DNA of 64,000 bases from a bacterium. GTDB taxonomy: Bacteria > J088 > JAWLBW01. Position 1 is the stretch's first letter, and every line of letters starts with the position of its first letter. Of this stretch, positions 21,178-29,345 are shown in pieces. Below the pieces are notes generated by a model. It made no database searches and had not been told where the DNA came from. It saw only the letters and a program-made list of their open reading frames with translations. The stretch spans positions 1 through 64,000 of the forward strand of contig JAWLHK010000003.1 of NCBI GenBank assembly GCA_041690355.1, read 5' to 3'. Both the position numbers and the translations under genes were made by a program.

Positions 21178-21265
21178 TTCGGGTCCCCCCTCGGGGGACG
21201 ACAGGGGGGGCCTTTTCCGGACGACAGGGGGGCCTTTTTTCGGAAAGCCAGGGGGGCTTTTTTCC
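21178..21265 (-). repeat. Right inverted repeat of the DUF559 module plus about 3 degenerate 22-23 bp tandem copies
   Basis: IR at 21178-21212; GGACGACAGGGGGG(G)CCTTTT at about 21196 and 21219, a degenerate copy at about 21242. Confidence 0.85.
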
Positions 21266-21311
21266 GGAGGGGTCTCCGGAGGGATCTTTCTCCGGACGGG
21301 TGGAAAGGTCC

Positions 21312-21917
21312 TCAGAACCCCGCCACGTAGGGAATCCGCTGCGCCGTGGCGCGGATGTCGTCCTTCGCCGACAGCAGAATCGACGTGCCGTCCCACGAAC
21401 CCTCGGTCCACTGCTTGCGGGCGCCGGGGTGAATGCTGCACGGCACGACGCCGCCCGAGTAGCGGATCTCGCTGCGCTCGACGTCGACGGTCACGTCCTG
21501 GGTCGGATTGTCCATCACCGACGTCATGAGCTGCTTGATGACCTCTTCGCCCACGGTCACGGCCGGAATGCCCAGCGTGATGCAGTTGCCGAAAAAGATT
21601 TCGGCGAAGCTCTCGCCGATGATCGCCTTCACGCCCCAGCGCATGAGCGCCTGCGGCGCATGCTCGCGCGAGGAGCCGCAGCCGAAGTTCTTGTTCACGA
21701 GCAGCACGGCTGCGCCCTGGTACTTCGGGTCGTCGAACGGATGGTTCTTGGAGTGCCCCTGCTCGTCAACCCGCTCGTCTTCGAAGACGTGCTTCTCGAG
21801 CCCCTCGAAGGTGATTCCCTTCATGAATCGGGCGGGAATGATGCGATCGGTATCGATTTCGTTCCCCGGCACCGGCACGGCCCGGCCGGTCACCTGCTTG
21901 CGCGTCGTATCGGCCAT
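21312..21917 (-). CDS. leuD: 3-isopropylmalate dehydratase small subunit
   Basis: IDTDRIIPARF, NFGCGSSREHAP, SFAEIFFGN. Confidence 0.97.
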   Translation of the reverse strand: MADTTRKQVTGRAVPVPGNEIDTDRIIPARFMKGITFEGLEKHVFEDERVDEQGHSKNHPFDDPKYQGAAVLLVNKNFGCGSSREHAPQALMRWGVKAIIGESFAEIFFGNCITLGIPAVTVGEEVIKQLMTSVMDNPTQDVTVDVERSEIRYSGGVVPCSIHPGARKQWTEGSWDGTSILLSAKDDIRATAQRIPYVAGF

Positions 21918-21920
21918 GGC

Positions 21921-23330
21921 TCACTCCTTCGGAAGATATTCGCGGACGTCTTCGACCGTGCCGGCGATGGCGGCCGCGGTCACCATGGCGGGGCTCATGA
22001 GCAGCGTGCGGCCCGTCGAGCTCCCCTGCCGTCCCTTGAAGTTGCGGTTGCTGCTCGAGGCGCTCACCTGATCGCCCTTGAGCTTGTCGGGGTTCATGGC
22101 GAGGCACATCGAGCACCCCGGCTCGCGCCACTCGAAGCCGGCTTCGCGGAAGATCTCGGGAAGCCCTTCCTCCACGGCCTGGTTTGCGACGTGCTGGCTG
22201 CCGGGCACCACGAGCGCCGTGACGCCCGCGGCGACCTTGCGCCCCTTGGCGATCTTCGCCGCTTCGCGCAGGTCGCTGATGCGGCCGTTCGTGCACGAGC
22301 CGATGAAGGCGACGTCGATCTTCTGGCCGCGAATCGGCGCGCCCGGCGTGAACTTCATGTAGCCGTAGGCGTCTTCGGCCACTTCGCGGGCGCCGGCGTC
22401 GAAGGAATCCACGGCGGGAAGGTTTTCATCGACGCGGATCGCCTGCTCGGGGTTCACCCCCCAGGTGACCGTGGGGCCGATGTCGGCGGCGTCGATCTTC
22501 ACGACATCCGCGTAGACGGCGTCCTTGTCGCTGGCGATGGACTTCCACCACGCGACGGCGCGATCCCACGCGTCGCCCTTGGGAGAATAGCGGCGCCCTT
22601 CGAGATACTTGAAGGTCGTTTCGTCGGGGTTCACGTAGCCGACGCGCGCGCCGCCCTCGATGGCCATGTTGCAGACAGTCATGCGCTCTTCCATCGTCAT
22701 GCGATCGAAGACGTCGCCGCCGAATTCGTAGGCGTACCCCACCCCGCCCTTCACGCCGAGCACGCGAATGATGTGCAGGATCACGTCCTTCGCATAGACG
22801 CCCTTGCCGAGCGTGCCGTTCACCTCGATGCGGCGCACCTTCGGGCGCGCCATGGCGAGGCACTGCGTGGCGAGCACGTCGCGCACCTGGCTCGTGCCGA
22901 TGCCGAAGGCGACCGCGCCGAATGCACCGTGCGTGCTCGTGTGGCTGTCGCCGCAGGCCACGGTCATGCCGGGCTGCGTGAGGCCGAGCTCGGGTCCGAT
23001 GATGTGCACGATCCCCTGATCGCCCGAGGCGGGCCCGAAGAAGGTCACCTGCGTCTGCTGGGTGTTCTCCTCCAGCGCGACCATCATGGCCTCGGCCAGC
23101 TCGTCCTTGAAGGGGCGCTGGCGCGTATCGGTCGGAATGATGTGGTCGACCGTCGCGAAGGTCCGGTTGGGGAACATGACGTCCAGGTTGCGCTCGCGCA
23201 GCATCTGAAACGCCTGGGGACTGGTCACTTCATGCACCAGGTGCAGACCGATGAACAGCTGCGTCTGCCCCGAGGGGAGCTCGCGCACCGTATGCAGGTC
23301 CCACACCTTGTCGAGGAGGGTTTTTCCCAT
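21921..23330 (-). CDS. leuC: 3-isopropylmalate dehydratase large subunit
   Basis: [46 protein letters not shown] at 23330. Confidence 0.98.
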   Translation of the reverse strand: MGKTLLDKVWDLHTVRELPSGQTQLFIGLHLVHEVTSPQAFQMLRERNLDVMFPNRTFATVDHIIPTDTRQRPFKDELAEAMMVALEENTQQTQVTFFGPASGDQGIVHIIGPELGLTQPGMTVACGDSHTSTHGAFGAVAFGIGTSQVRDVLATQCLAMARPKVRRIEVNGTLGKGVYAKDVILHIIRVLGVKGGVGYAYEFGGDVFDRMTMEERMTVCNMAIEGGARVGYVNPDETTFKYLEGRRYSPKGDAWDRAVAWWKSIASDKDAVYADVVKIDAADIGPTVTWGVNPEQAIRVDENLPAVDSFDAGAREVAEDAYGYMKFTPGAPIRGQKIDVAFIGSCTNGRISDLREAAKIAKGRKVAAGVTALVVPGSQHVANQAVEEGLPEIFREAGFEWREPGCSMCLAMNPDKLKGDQVSASSSNRNFKGRQGSSTGRTLLMSPAMVTAAAIAGTVEDVREYLPKE

Positions 23331-23504
23331 GCAACACCGTGGAGGAAAGAAACGAATATTGTGCCAGAATTCCGCGCGAAATGCCCGAAGGTCGGTGCCC
23401 GATCCCCTCGAATGCCCAAGGCTCCGATCCCCGATGCCCAAGTCAGAATTCCGCAGGGCAGGCATGGGCGCACGCTCAATGCTTCTGCGGAGGAAGAATC
23501 GTGT

Positions 23505-23906
23505 CTACCGCGTCCAGTCGCACAAGGCGAGCCCCGGCACCCGACTGAACTCGCGCGTATTGTGCGTGACCAGCGTTCCCTCGGCCGCCAGCGCGGTGGC
23601 GGCGATGAGGAGATCGTTCGGACCGATGGGCTTGCCGATGCGCTCGAGATGCCCCCGGATGCGCGCATAGTGCTCAGCGGCGCCACGATCAAACGGCACA
23701 ATTTCAAAGGGCGCGAGAAACTGCTCGACGGCGAGCCGGACCCGCTCGCCCTGACGGCTCTTCTCCGCACCGAGCAGCAGCTCCCCGGCGACAATCGCTG
23801 GAATCTTGATCCGCTCCGGAACATGCCTGAACAGGTGCGCCTGGATGGCGGGATAGGACCCCTTGAGCGCGTAGATGCAGGTATTCGTATCGAGGAACCA
23901 GTTCAT
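23505..23906 (-). CDS. vapC: VapC PIN-domain toxin
   Basis: FLDTNTCI, ELLLG, IGPNDLLIAATA, LVTHNTREFSRV; alternative GTG start at 23918. Confidence 0.95.
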   Translation of the reverse strand: MNWFLDTNTCIYALKGSYPAIQAHLFRHVPERIKIPAIVAGELLLGAEKSRQGERVRLAVEQFLAPFEIVPFDRGAAEHYARIRGHLERIGKPIGPNDLLIAATALAAEGTLVTHNTREFSRVPGLALCDWTR

Positions 23907-23914
23907 CCCCCGGT

Positions 23915-24145
23915 TCACTCCATCGACTCGCGCCGGTCAGAGACCCCCGGCGGCAAGGGCGGGCGCTCGAAATCCGTATCGGCGAGCGAGCCAAATACCG
24001 ACGCATAGTCCGCCGGCCAGCCCCGTACCACGGAGCCTTCGAGACGTGCACGAACCCAGCTGGACACCGATCGGTTCTCGTCCTTGGCCGCCCGTTCAAT
24101 TTCGCGAAGCAGGTCATCCCGCAGATAAATTGTCAGTTGCGCCAT
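23915..24145 (-). CDS. vapB: Ribbon-helix-helix antitoxin (VapB-type)
   Basis: 76 aa, MAQLTIYLRDDLL..IERAAK.ENRSVSSWV; directly upstream of vapC. Confidence 0.85.
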   Translation of the reverse strand: MAQLTIYLRDDLLREIERAAKDENRSVSSWVRARLEGSVVRGWPADYASVFGSLADTDFERPPLPPGVSDRRESME

Positions 24146-24164
24146 TTCTACACCTATACGTGCA

Positions 24165-24193
24165 AGTATATGTGTATTGTATCCACACGTCAA
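24165..24193 (-). promoter_or_regulatory. vapBC promoter with palindromic operator in the spacer
   Basis: TTGACG-N17-TATACT; the spacer TGTGGATACAATACACA is an imperfect inverted repeat. Confidence 0.75.
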
Positions 24194-24295
24194 GAGGCTC
24201 GGATGACTGAATTTTTGTGTCGGTCCGTCCGCGTGGCGGCGCACGCCCGTTCTTCGTCCCCCACTCTCCAACTCCCCCGCTCCCCCTCTCCAAAG

Positions 24296-24392
24296 CGGAA
24301 TATCCATTCCCACCACTCACAAAGGCGCTAACCAGGCAACCCTTGACACACCAGAGCCCTCTTGATATGGTGAACGCGGAATAAATATTCCG
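24296..24392 (+). promoter_or_regulatory. Promoter and probable TetR operators of the alk operon
   Basis: TTGACA(24343)-N17-TATGGT(24366); palindrome CGGAATAaaTATTCCG at 24377-24392; related site CGGAATATCCATTCCC at 24296-24311. Confidence 0.72.
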
Positions 24393-24439
24393 ACCTGCCG
24401 AAAGAACAATCGGGCGAAAGCTCAGGAGACGAAACGAAC

Positions 24440-25168
24440 ATGGGACGGCGCGCCAGTGAAAACCGGGTCCTTCCGCTCAAGCGGGACCCCGACGCCAATC
24501 AGGAGAAGCTGCTCCAGGCCGCCCAGAAGCTGTTCGCCGCGCAGGGCCCCGGCGGCACGCAGATTGCGCAGATCACCCGCGAAGCCGGTACCGGCATCAG
24601 CATGTTCTACCGGTACTTCACCGACAAGAACGACCTGCTGCGCGTGCTCATCACGCAGTTTCTCGACGCCCTCGACCGCGGCGTCGACGAAGCCCTTGCC
24701 GGCGTCGAGCGCAAGACGCCCATCGAGCAGCTCTTCACCATCCGCAAGGTCTTCGAACACGTCATCGGCATGCTCGTCTCGCGTCCCGACCTGACCGTGC
24801 TCGTCTACCGCGCCGGTTTCGATGCGGATGAAACCATCGAGTCGCTCATCCGCGACCGAGTCGCCCGCATCGCCATGGACATCGCCAGCCACATCGCCCG
24901 CGCCGAAGAGGCCGGCCTCGTGGTCGTCAAACAGAAAGAGGTCCTCGGACACGCCGCCGTCGGCCTCGCCCTGCAGGTCGCCAACAAGTTGATTCAGGAA
25001 GGTACGCCGACGCTTACCGAAGCGGTTGACTCCTGCACCCGCTTCACGCTCGGCGGCCTGCTCGTCTTCTGCCCGCCGCAGGTTTTCAACCAGATTTTCC
25101 CGGCCATCCAGTTCATGCTGCAGCCGGATCTGAATGCAGCGCCCCCTCTCAACCCCGTGGAGGTTTAA
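24440..25168 (+). CDS. TetR/AcrR family regulator
   Basis: LLQAAQKLFAAQG..GTQIAQITREAG...MFYRYFTDKNDLL HTH. Confidence 0.93.
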   Translation: MGRRASENRVLPLKRDPDANQEKLLQAAQKLFAAQGPGGTQIAQITREAGTGISMFYRYFTDKNDLLRVLITQFLDALDRGVDEALAGVERKTPIEQLFTIRKVFEHVIGMLVSRPDLTVLVYRAGFDADETIESLIRDRVARIAMDIASHIARAEEAGLVVVKQKEVLGHAAVGLALQVANKLIQEGTPTLTEAVDSCTRFTLGGLLVFCPPQVFNQIFPAIQFMLQPDLNAAPPLNPVEV

Positions 25169-25171
25169 GCC

Positions 25172-26353
25172 ATGACGACTGCCACCGCAACCGCCCCTGT
25201 CGCCACCGTCGCGTGGAAGGACGACAAACGTTACGCCTGGTACCTGGGCGCGCTCGTGATGCTGCTCCCTCTCATCGCCGGGCAGGTCGCCGTCATTCAC
25301 GACCTTCCGATTTTCTGGTGGTTCACCCCCTTCTTCGTCTTCGGGATCATTCCCCTGCTCGACTACCTCAACGGCGAGGATCAGAGCAATCCGCCCGAAG
25401 AGATCGTGGCGAAGCTTGCGGCCGACAAGTTCTACCGCCTCGCCGTCTACGCCGCCGCTGCCGTGCTCTACGTCTCCTTCTTCTGGGGCGTATGGATGCT
25501 GGCCGCCGGCGATCTCGCCTGGCATGCGAAGCTCGGCCTGACCATCAGCCTCGGTATAATCTCGGGCATCAGCGTGAACACCTCGCACGAGCTCGGACAC
25601 AAGACGTCCCCTTTCGAGCGCGTGCTCGCCAAGCTGGCCCTGGCCCCCACCGGGTACGGCAACTTCTTCGTCGAGCACAACCGCGGCCACCACGTGCGCG
25701 TCTCGACCCCCGAAGATCCGGCCAGCGCCCGCTTCGGCGAAAACCTTTACGAATTCATCGTCCGTTCGGCCATCGGCGCGCACAAATCGGCCTGGGAGCT
25801 GGAGAAGAAACGGCTCGCCCGCTCGAACAAGAGCCCGTGGACGTGGCAGAACGACAACCTGCAGGCGTGGGCCATGAGCGTCGTGCTCTTCGGCGGCATC
25901 ATCCTCTGGCTCGGGGTGGGAATCATTCCCTACCTCGCGCTGCAGGCGCTCATCGGTATCTGCCTCTTCGAGACCGTGAACTACCTCGAGCACTACGGCC
26001 TGCTGCGGCAGAAGCTCCCCGACGGCCGTTACGAACGCTGCCAGCCCCACCACTCGTGGAACAGCAACCACCGCGTTTCGAACATCGCCCTCTATCAGCT
26101 GCAGCGCCACAGCGATCACCACGCCAACCCGACGCGCCCCTACCAGGCCCTGCGTCATTTCGAAGGGCTCCCCGAGCTGCCCAACGGCTACGCGGGAATG
26201 GTCGTGCTGGCCGCGGTGCCGCCCCTTTGGTTCCGCGTCATGGACCCGAAGGTCGTCGCCCACTTCAAGGGGGATATGACCCGGGCCAACATCAAGCCCT
26301 CGATCCGCGAGAAGGTCCTCGCGAAGTATACCCCCGAAGCCCTCAACGCCTGA
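25172..26353 (+). CDS. alkB: Alkane 1-monooxygenase
   Basis: All His boxes present: HELGH, EHNRGHH, NYLEHYG, LQRHSDHHA. Confidence 0.96.
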   Translation: MTTATATAPVATVAWKDDKRYAWYLGALVMLLPLIAGQVAVIHDLPIFWWFTPFFVFGIIPLLDYLNGEDQSNPPEEIVAKLAADKFYRLAVYAAAAVLYVSFFWGVWMLAAGDLAWHAKLGLTISLGIISGISVNTSHELGHKTSPFERVLAKLALAPTGYGNFFVEHNRGHHVRVSTPEDPASARFGENLYEFIVRSAIGAHKSAWELEKKRLARSNKSPWTWQNDNLQAWAMSVVLFGGIILWLGVGIIPYLALQALIGICLFETVNYLEHYGLLRQKLPDGRYERCQPHHSWNSNHRVSNIALYQLQRHSDHHANPTRPYQALRHFEGLPELPNGYAGMVVLAAVPPLWFRVMDPKVVAHFKGDMTRANIKPSIREKVLAKYTPEALNA

Positions 26354-26365
26354 GAGAGAATCAGC

Positions 26366-26539
26366 ATGGATTTCAAGAAATGGCGCTGCCTCACCTGTGA
26401 CTTCATCTACGACGAGGCCGAAGGGCTTCCCGCAGAAGGGATTGCCCCCGGAACCCGGTGGGAAGACGTACCCGAAGACTGGACCTGCATCGATTGCGGA
26501 ACGCCCAAGAGTGATTTCCGCATGGTCGAAGTGGCGTAA
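26366..26539 (+). CDS. Rubredoxin, AlkG2-type (57 aa; not in the ORF track)
   Basis: Manual translation [20 protein letters not shown]...[20 protein letters not shown]. Confidence 0.93.
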   Translation: MDFKKWRCLTCDFIYDEAEGLPAEGIAPGTRWEDVPEDWTCIDCGTPKSDFRMVEVA

Positions 26540-26554
26540 CGGGGAGGGAGCGTC

Positions 26555-26722
26555 ATGGCCCGCTATCAGTGCACTGGATGTGGACATGTCTATGACGAAG
26601 CCAAGGGGAACTCGCGCGAGGGGTTCCCGCCCGGAACCCTGTGGGCGCAGATCCCCGACGATTTCGCCTGCCCCGATTGCGCCGTGCGCGACAAGCCGGA
26701 CTTCGAGGAACTGAAGGACTGA
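26555..26722 (+). CDS. Rubredoxin, AlkG1-type (55 aa; not in the ORF track)
   Basis: Manual translation MARYQCTGCGHVYDEAKG..REGFPPGT.W..IPDDFACPDCAVRDKPDF. Confidence 0.93.
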   Translation: MARYQCTGCGHVYDEAKGNSREGFPPGTLWAQIPDDFACPDCAVRDKPDFEELKD

Positions 26723-26726
26723 CGGC

Positions 26727-27887
26727 ATGCTGGTCATTCTCGGCAGCGGACATGCCGGCTATTCCCTCGCCCGCGAGTGGCGGAAGCTGGATGCAGCCAC
26801 GCCGCTCACGATCGTGACGCGCGACGACGGCGCGAGCTATTACAAACCCGACCTGTCGAAGGCCTTCGCCGCCGGCAAGGACGCCGCCGCCCTGATCAAG
26901 GCGGATGCGGCAGCCATGGCGCAGGAGTTGAACGCCAAGGTCCTTCCCTTCACCGAGGTAACTGGCCTGGATGTCGAGGGGAAAGCGGTTCTCGTCGGCG
27001 AACGGCGGATTCCCTTTACGCAGCTCGTTCTCGCGCTCGGGGCTTCGCCCATCCGCCTTCCCCTGGGCGGAGAGGCCGCCGACCAGGTGCAGAGCGTAAA
27101 CGACCGCCTCGACTACGCCCGGCTTCGCGAGCGGCTCACCCCCGGATGCCGCGTACTGATTCTGGGCGCGGGGCTCATCGGCTGCGAGTTCGCCAACGAT
27201 CTCGCCGCCGCCGGCTTCGGCGTGACCGTCAACGATGTCGCAGAATGGCCGCTCGCCCGTTTCGTGCCCGAAGTCCAGGGGCGCGCGCTCGAAGATGCGC
27301 TGCGCGGCATCGGCGTCGACTGGCGGCTGGGCACCTCGGCTGCAAGCGTCGACGCTTCTCCGGGCGGTATCACGGTTCGCTTCGCCGACGGGTCGGCCCT
27401 CGAGACCGAGGTGGTGCTCTCGGCCGTCGGCCTTCGCCCGCAGACGGAACTCGCGCGTACCGCGGGCATCGTCTGCGGAACCGGAATCGTCGTCGACGTG
27501 CATCTGCGCACCTCGGCGCCCGACGTGTACGCGCTCGGCGACTGTGTGGAACTGGGCGGACGTTCCCTCCCCTTCATCCTCCCCATCGGCCACGCAGCGC
27601 GCGCCCTCGCCCCCACGCTGGCGGGAACACCCACGGCGGCGAAATTCCCCGCCATGCCGACCCCGGTCAAGACGCCGGTGTGTCCTGCGGTGGTCTGCCC
27701 GCCGCCCCCCATCGATGGACGCTGGGAAGTGACGGGTGACGCTCCGGATCTCGAAGCCGTCTTCTTCGATGCAAGCGGCGCCCCCCGCGGCTTTGCGCTC
27801 ACCGGCAAGGCCACTGCACGCCGCGGCGCCTTGGGCACGCTGCTCCCTGCCCTTGAGCTCCCCGAGGCTCCCGTCCCGTCCCCGTGA
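26727..27887 (+). CDS. Rubredoxin-NAD(+) reductase (FAD-dependent oxidoreductase)
   Basis: ILGSGHAGY, YYKPDLS, LGAGLIGCEFANDL, VYALGDC, PVKTP; adjacent to the rubredoxins. Confidence 0.92.
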   Translation: MLVILGSGHAGYSLAREWRKLDAATPLTIVTRDDGASYYKPDLSKAFAAGKDAAALIKADAAAMAQELNAKVLPFTEVTGLDVEGKAVLVGERRIPFTQLVLALGASPIRLPLGGEAADQVQSVNDRLDYARLRERLTPGCRVLILGAGLIGCEFANDLAAAGFGVTVNDVAEWPLARFVPEVQGRALEDALRGIGVDWRLGTSAASVDASPGGITVRFADGSALETEVVLSAVGLRPQTELARTAGIVCGTGIVVDVHLRTSAPDVYALGDCVELGGRSLPFILPIGHAARALAPTLAGTPTAAKFPAMPTPVKTPVCPAVVCPPPPIDGRWEVTGDAPDLEAVFFDASGAPRGFALTGKATARRGALGTLLPALELPEAPVPSP

Positions 27888-28976
27888 GTGCACCGCCGGC
27901 ACGTCGCTCCGACCGGAGTGGAGGAGCCTATCCTGGTGCACGACGGCACCGAGCCTGCCAAGCTTGAGCCGATTGTGCTCGCAAAGCAGACCCGCGGCCA
28001 CGTGGATGCCCCACGCACGCACCGCCGCCACGTCGCTCCGACCAGCGGGAGGAGCCTATCCTGGTGCACATCGGACCGAGCCCGCCAAGATTCAACCGAT
28101 TGCGCTCGCAAAGCAGACCGTGCGGCCAGGGCTGCAGGAAGAGACAAGAGCCCACGGTGCCCTGGCGCCTCCAGCACAGCAGGCACGGGATGCCGTGCAC
28201 CAGGATAGGCGTCTCCATTCGTCGACGCGACGTGCTGGACGGGAGCCCACGGGTCGTCCACGAGGGTGAAGTGAGCCCTCCGTCACCCTGGTGCCTCCAG
28301 CACGGCAGGCACGGATTGCCGTACACCACGTGCTGGACGGGAGCCCATGGGTCGTCCTCGCGAGAGACAAGAGCCCACGGTGCCCTGGCGCCTCCAGCAC
28401 AGCAGGCACGGGATGCCGTGCACCAGGATAGGCGTCTCCATTCGTCGACGCGACGTGCTGGACGGGAGCCCACGGGTCGTCCACGAGAGACTAGTGAGCC
28501 CACGGTGCCCTGGCGCCTCCAGCACAGCAGGCACGGGATGCCGTGCACCAGGATAGGCGTCTCCATTCGTCGACGCGACGTGCTGGACGGGAGCNNNNNN
28601 NNNNNNNNNNNNNNNNNNNNNNNNNNNNNNNNNNNNNNNNNNNNNNNNNNNNNNNNNNNNNNNNNNNNNNNNNNNNNNNNNNNNNNNNNNNNNNGACGCG
28701 ACGTGCTGGACGGGAGCCCACGGGTCGTCCACGAGGGTGAAGTGAGCCCTCCGTCACCCTGGTGCCTCCAGCACGGCAGGCACGGATTGCCGTGCACCAG
28801 GATAGGCGTCTCCATTCGTCGACGCGACGTGCTGGACGGGAGCCCATGGGTCGTCCACGAGAGAGAAGTGAGCCCACGGCGCCCTGGCAATTCAAGCACA
28901 GCAGCCACGGATTGCCGTGCAACAGGATAGGCGTCTCCATTCGTCGACGCGACGTGCTGGACGGGAACCCACGGGG
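27879..28976. repeat. Left array of about 125-bp REP-like structured repeats (2 inverted A units and at least 7 B units)
   Basis: A cores CACGTCGCTCCGAC...GGAGCCTATCCTGG at 27900 and 28029; B cores CAGGATAGGCGTCTCCATTCGTCGACGCGACGTG at 28201, 28424, 28549, 28798, 28923, plus a deleted unit at about 28327 and a partial unit at 28695. Confidence 0.95.
28595..28694. other. Assembly gap (100 N) inside the repeat array
   Basis: Run of N; true copy number unknown. Confidence 0.99.
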
Positions 28977-29000
28977 CAAGCACGTAGTCCCGGGCGTGCT

Positions 29001-29282
29001 TCAGGGAGGAGCAAGGTCCCGAAGCATTGGGTTGTGCCTTCGGATGAGGTCCAGTTTCTTGTTTCGCGACCAGGCCTTGATCTGCTTTTCTCTGCGAATC
29101 GCCGTCAAGGGGCCGTGGATAGACTCGTAATAAAGTAGCCGCGTCACCCGATACTGCGCCGAAAAGGCGCGTCGATTTCGCTTAGTACGATGCTCATGCA
29201 GACGACGCGCGAGATTATTGGTGACACCAACGTACAGTACACCCGAGCGGCTGCCCAGGATATACACGAAGAGCGTGCGCAT
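29001..29282 (-). CDS. Stand-alone GIY-YIG nuclease (93 aa)
   Basis: FVYILGSRSGVLYVGVTNNLARRLHEH...Y.VTRLLYYE...AIRREKQIKAWSRNKKLDLI..HNP; catalytic-type Tyr, Arg, His, Glu and Asn present. Confidence 0.93.
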   Translation of the reverse strand: MRTLFVYILGSRSGVLYVGVTNNLARRLHEHRTKRNRRAFSAQYRVTRLLYYESIHGPLTAIRREKQIKAWSRNKKLDLIRRHNPMLRDLAPP

Positions 29283-29288
29283 CTTGCG

Positions 29289-29318
29289 GTCATAGCATGA
29301 GCGACCTGAAAATGACAA
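29289..29318 (-). promoter_or_regulatory. Putative promoter giving a leaderless GIY-YIG mRNA
   Basis: TTGTCA-N18-TATGAC with TG extension; ATG only 6 nt downstream of the -10; no SD sequence. Confidence 0.55.
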
Positions 29319-29345
29319 CAAAAAAGCAGCAATGAGCCCCCACTT

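Noticed and set aside
23331-23504. Leucine attenuator or leader upstream of leuC
   Set aside because: No Leu-rich leader peptide or terminator/antiterminator pair was recognisable
24255-24292. C-rich ~8-bp quasi-repeats between vapB and tetR
   Set aside because: Too short and degenerate to support a call
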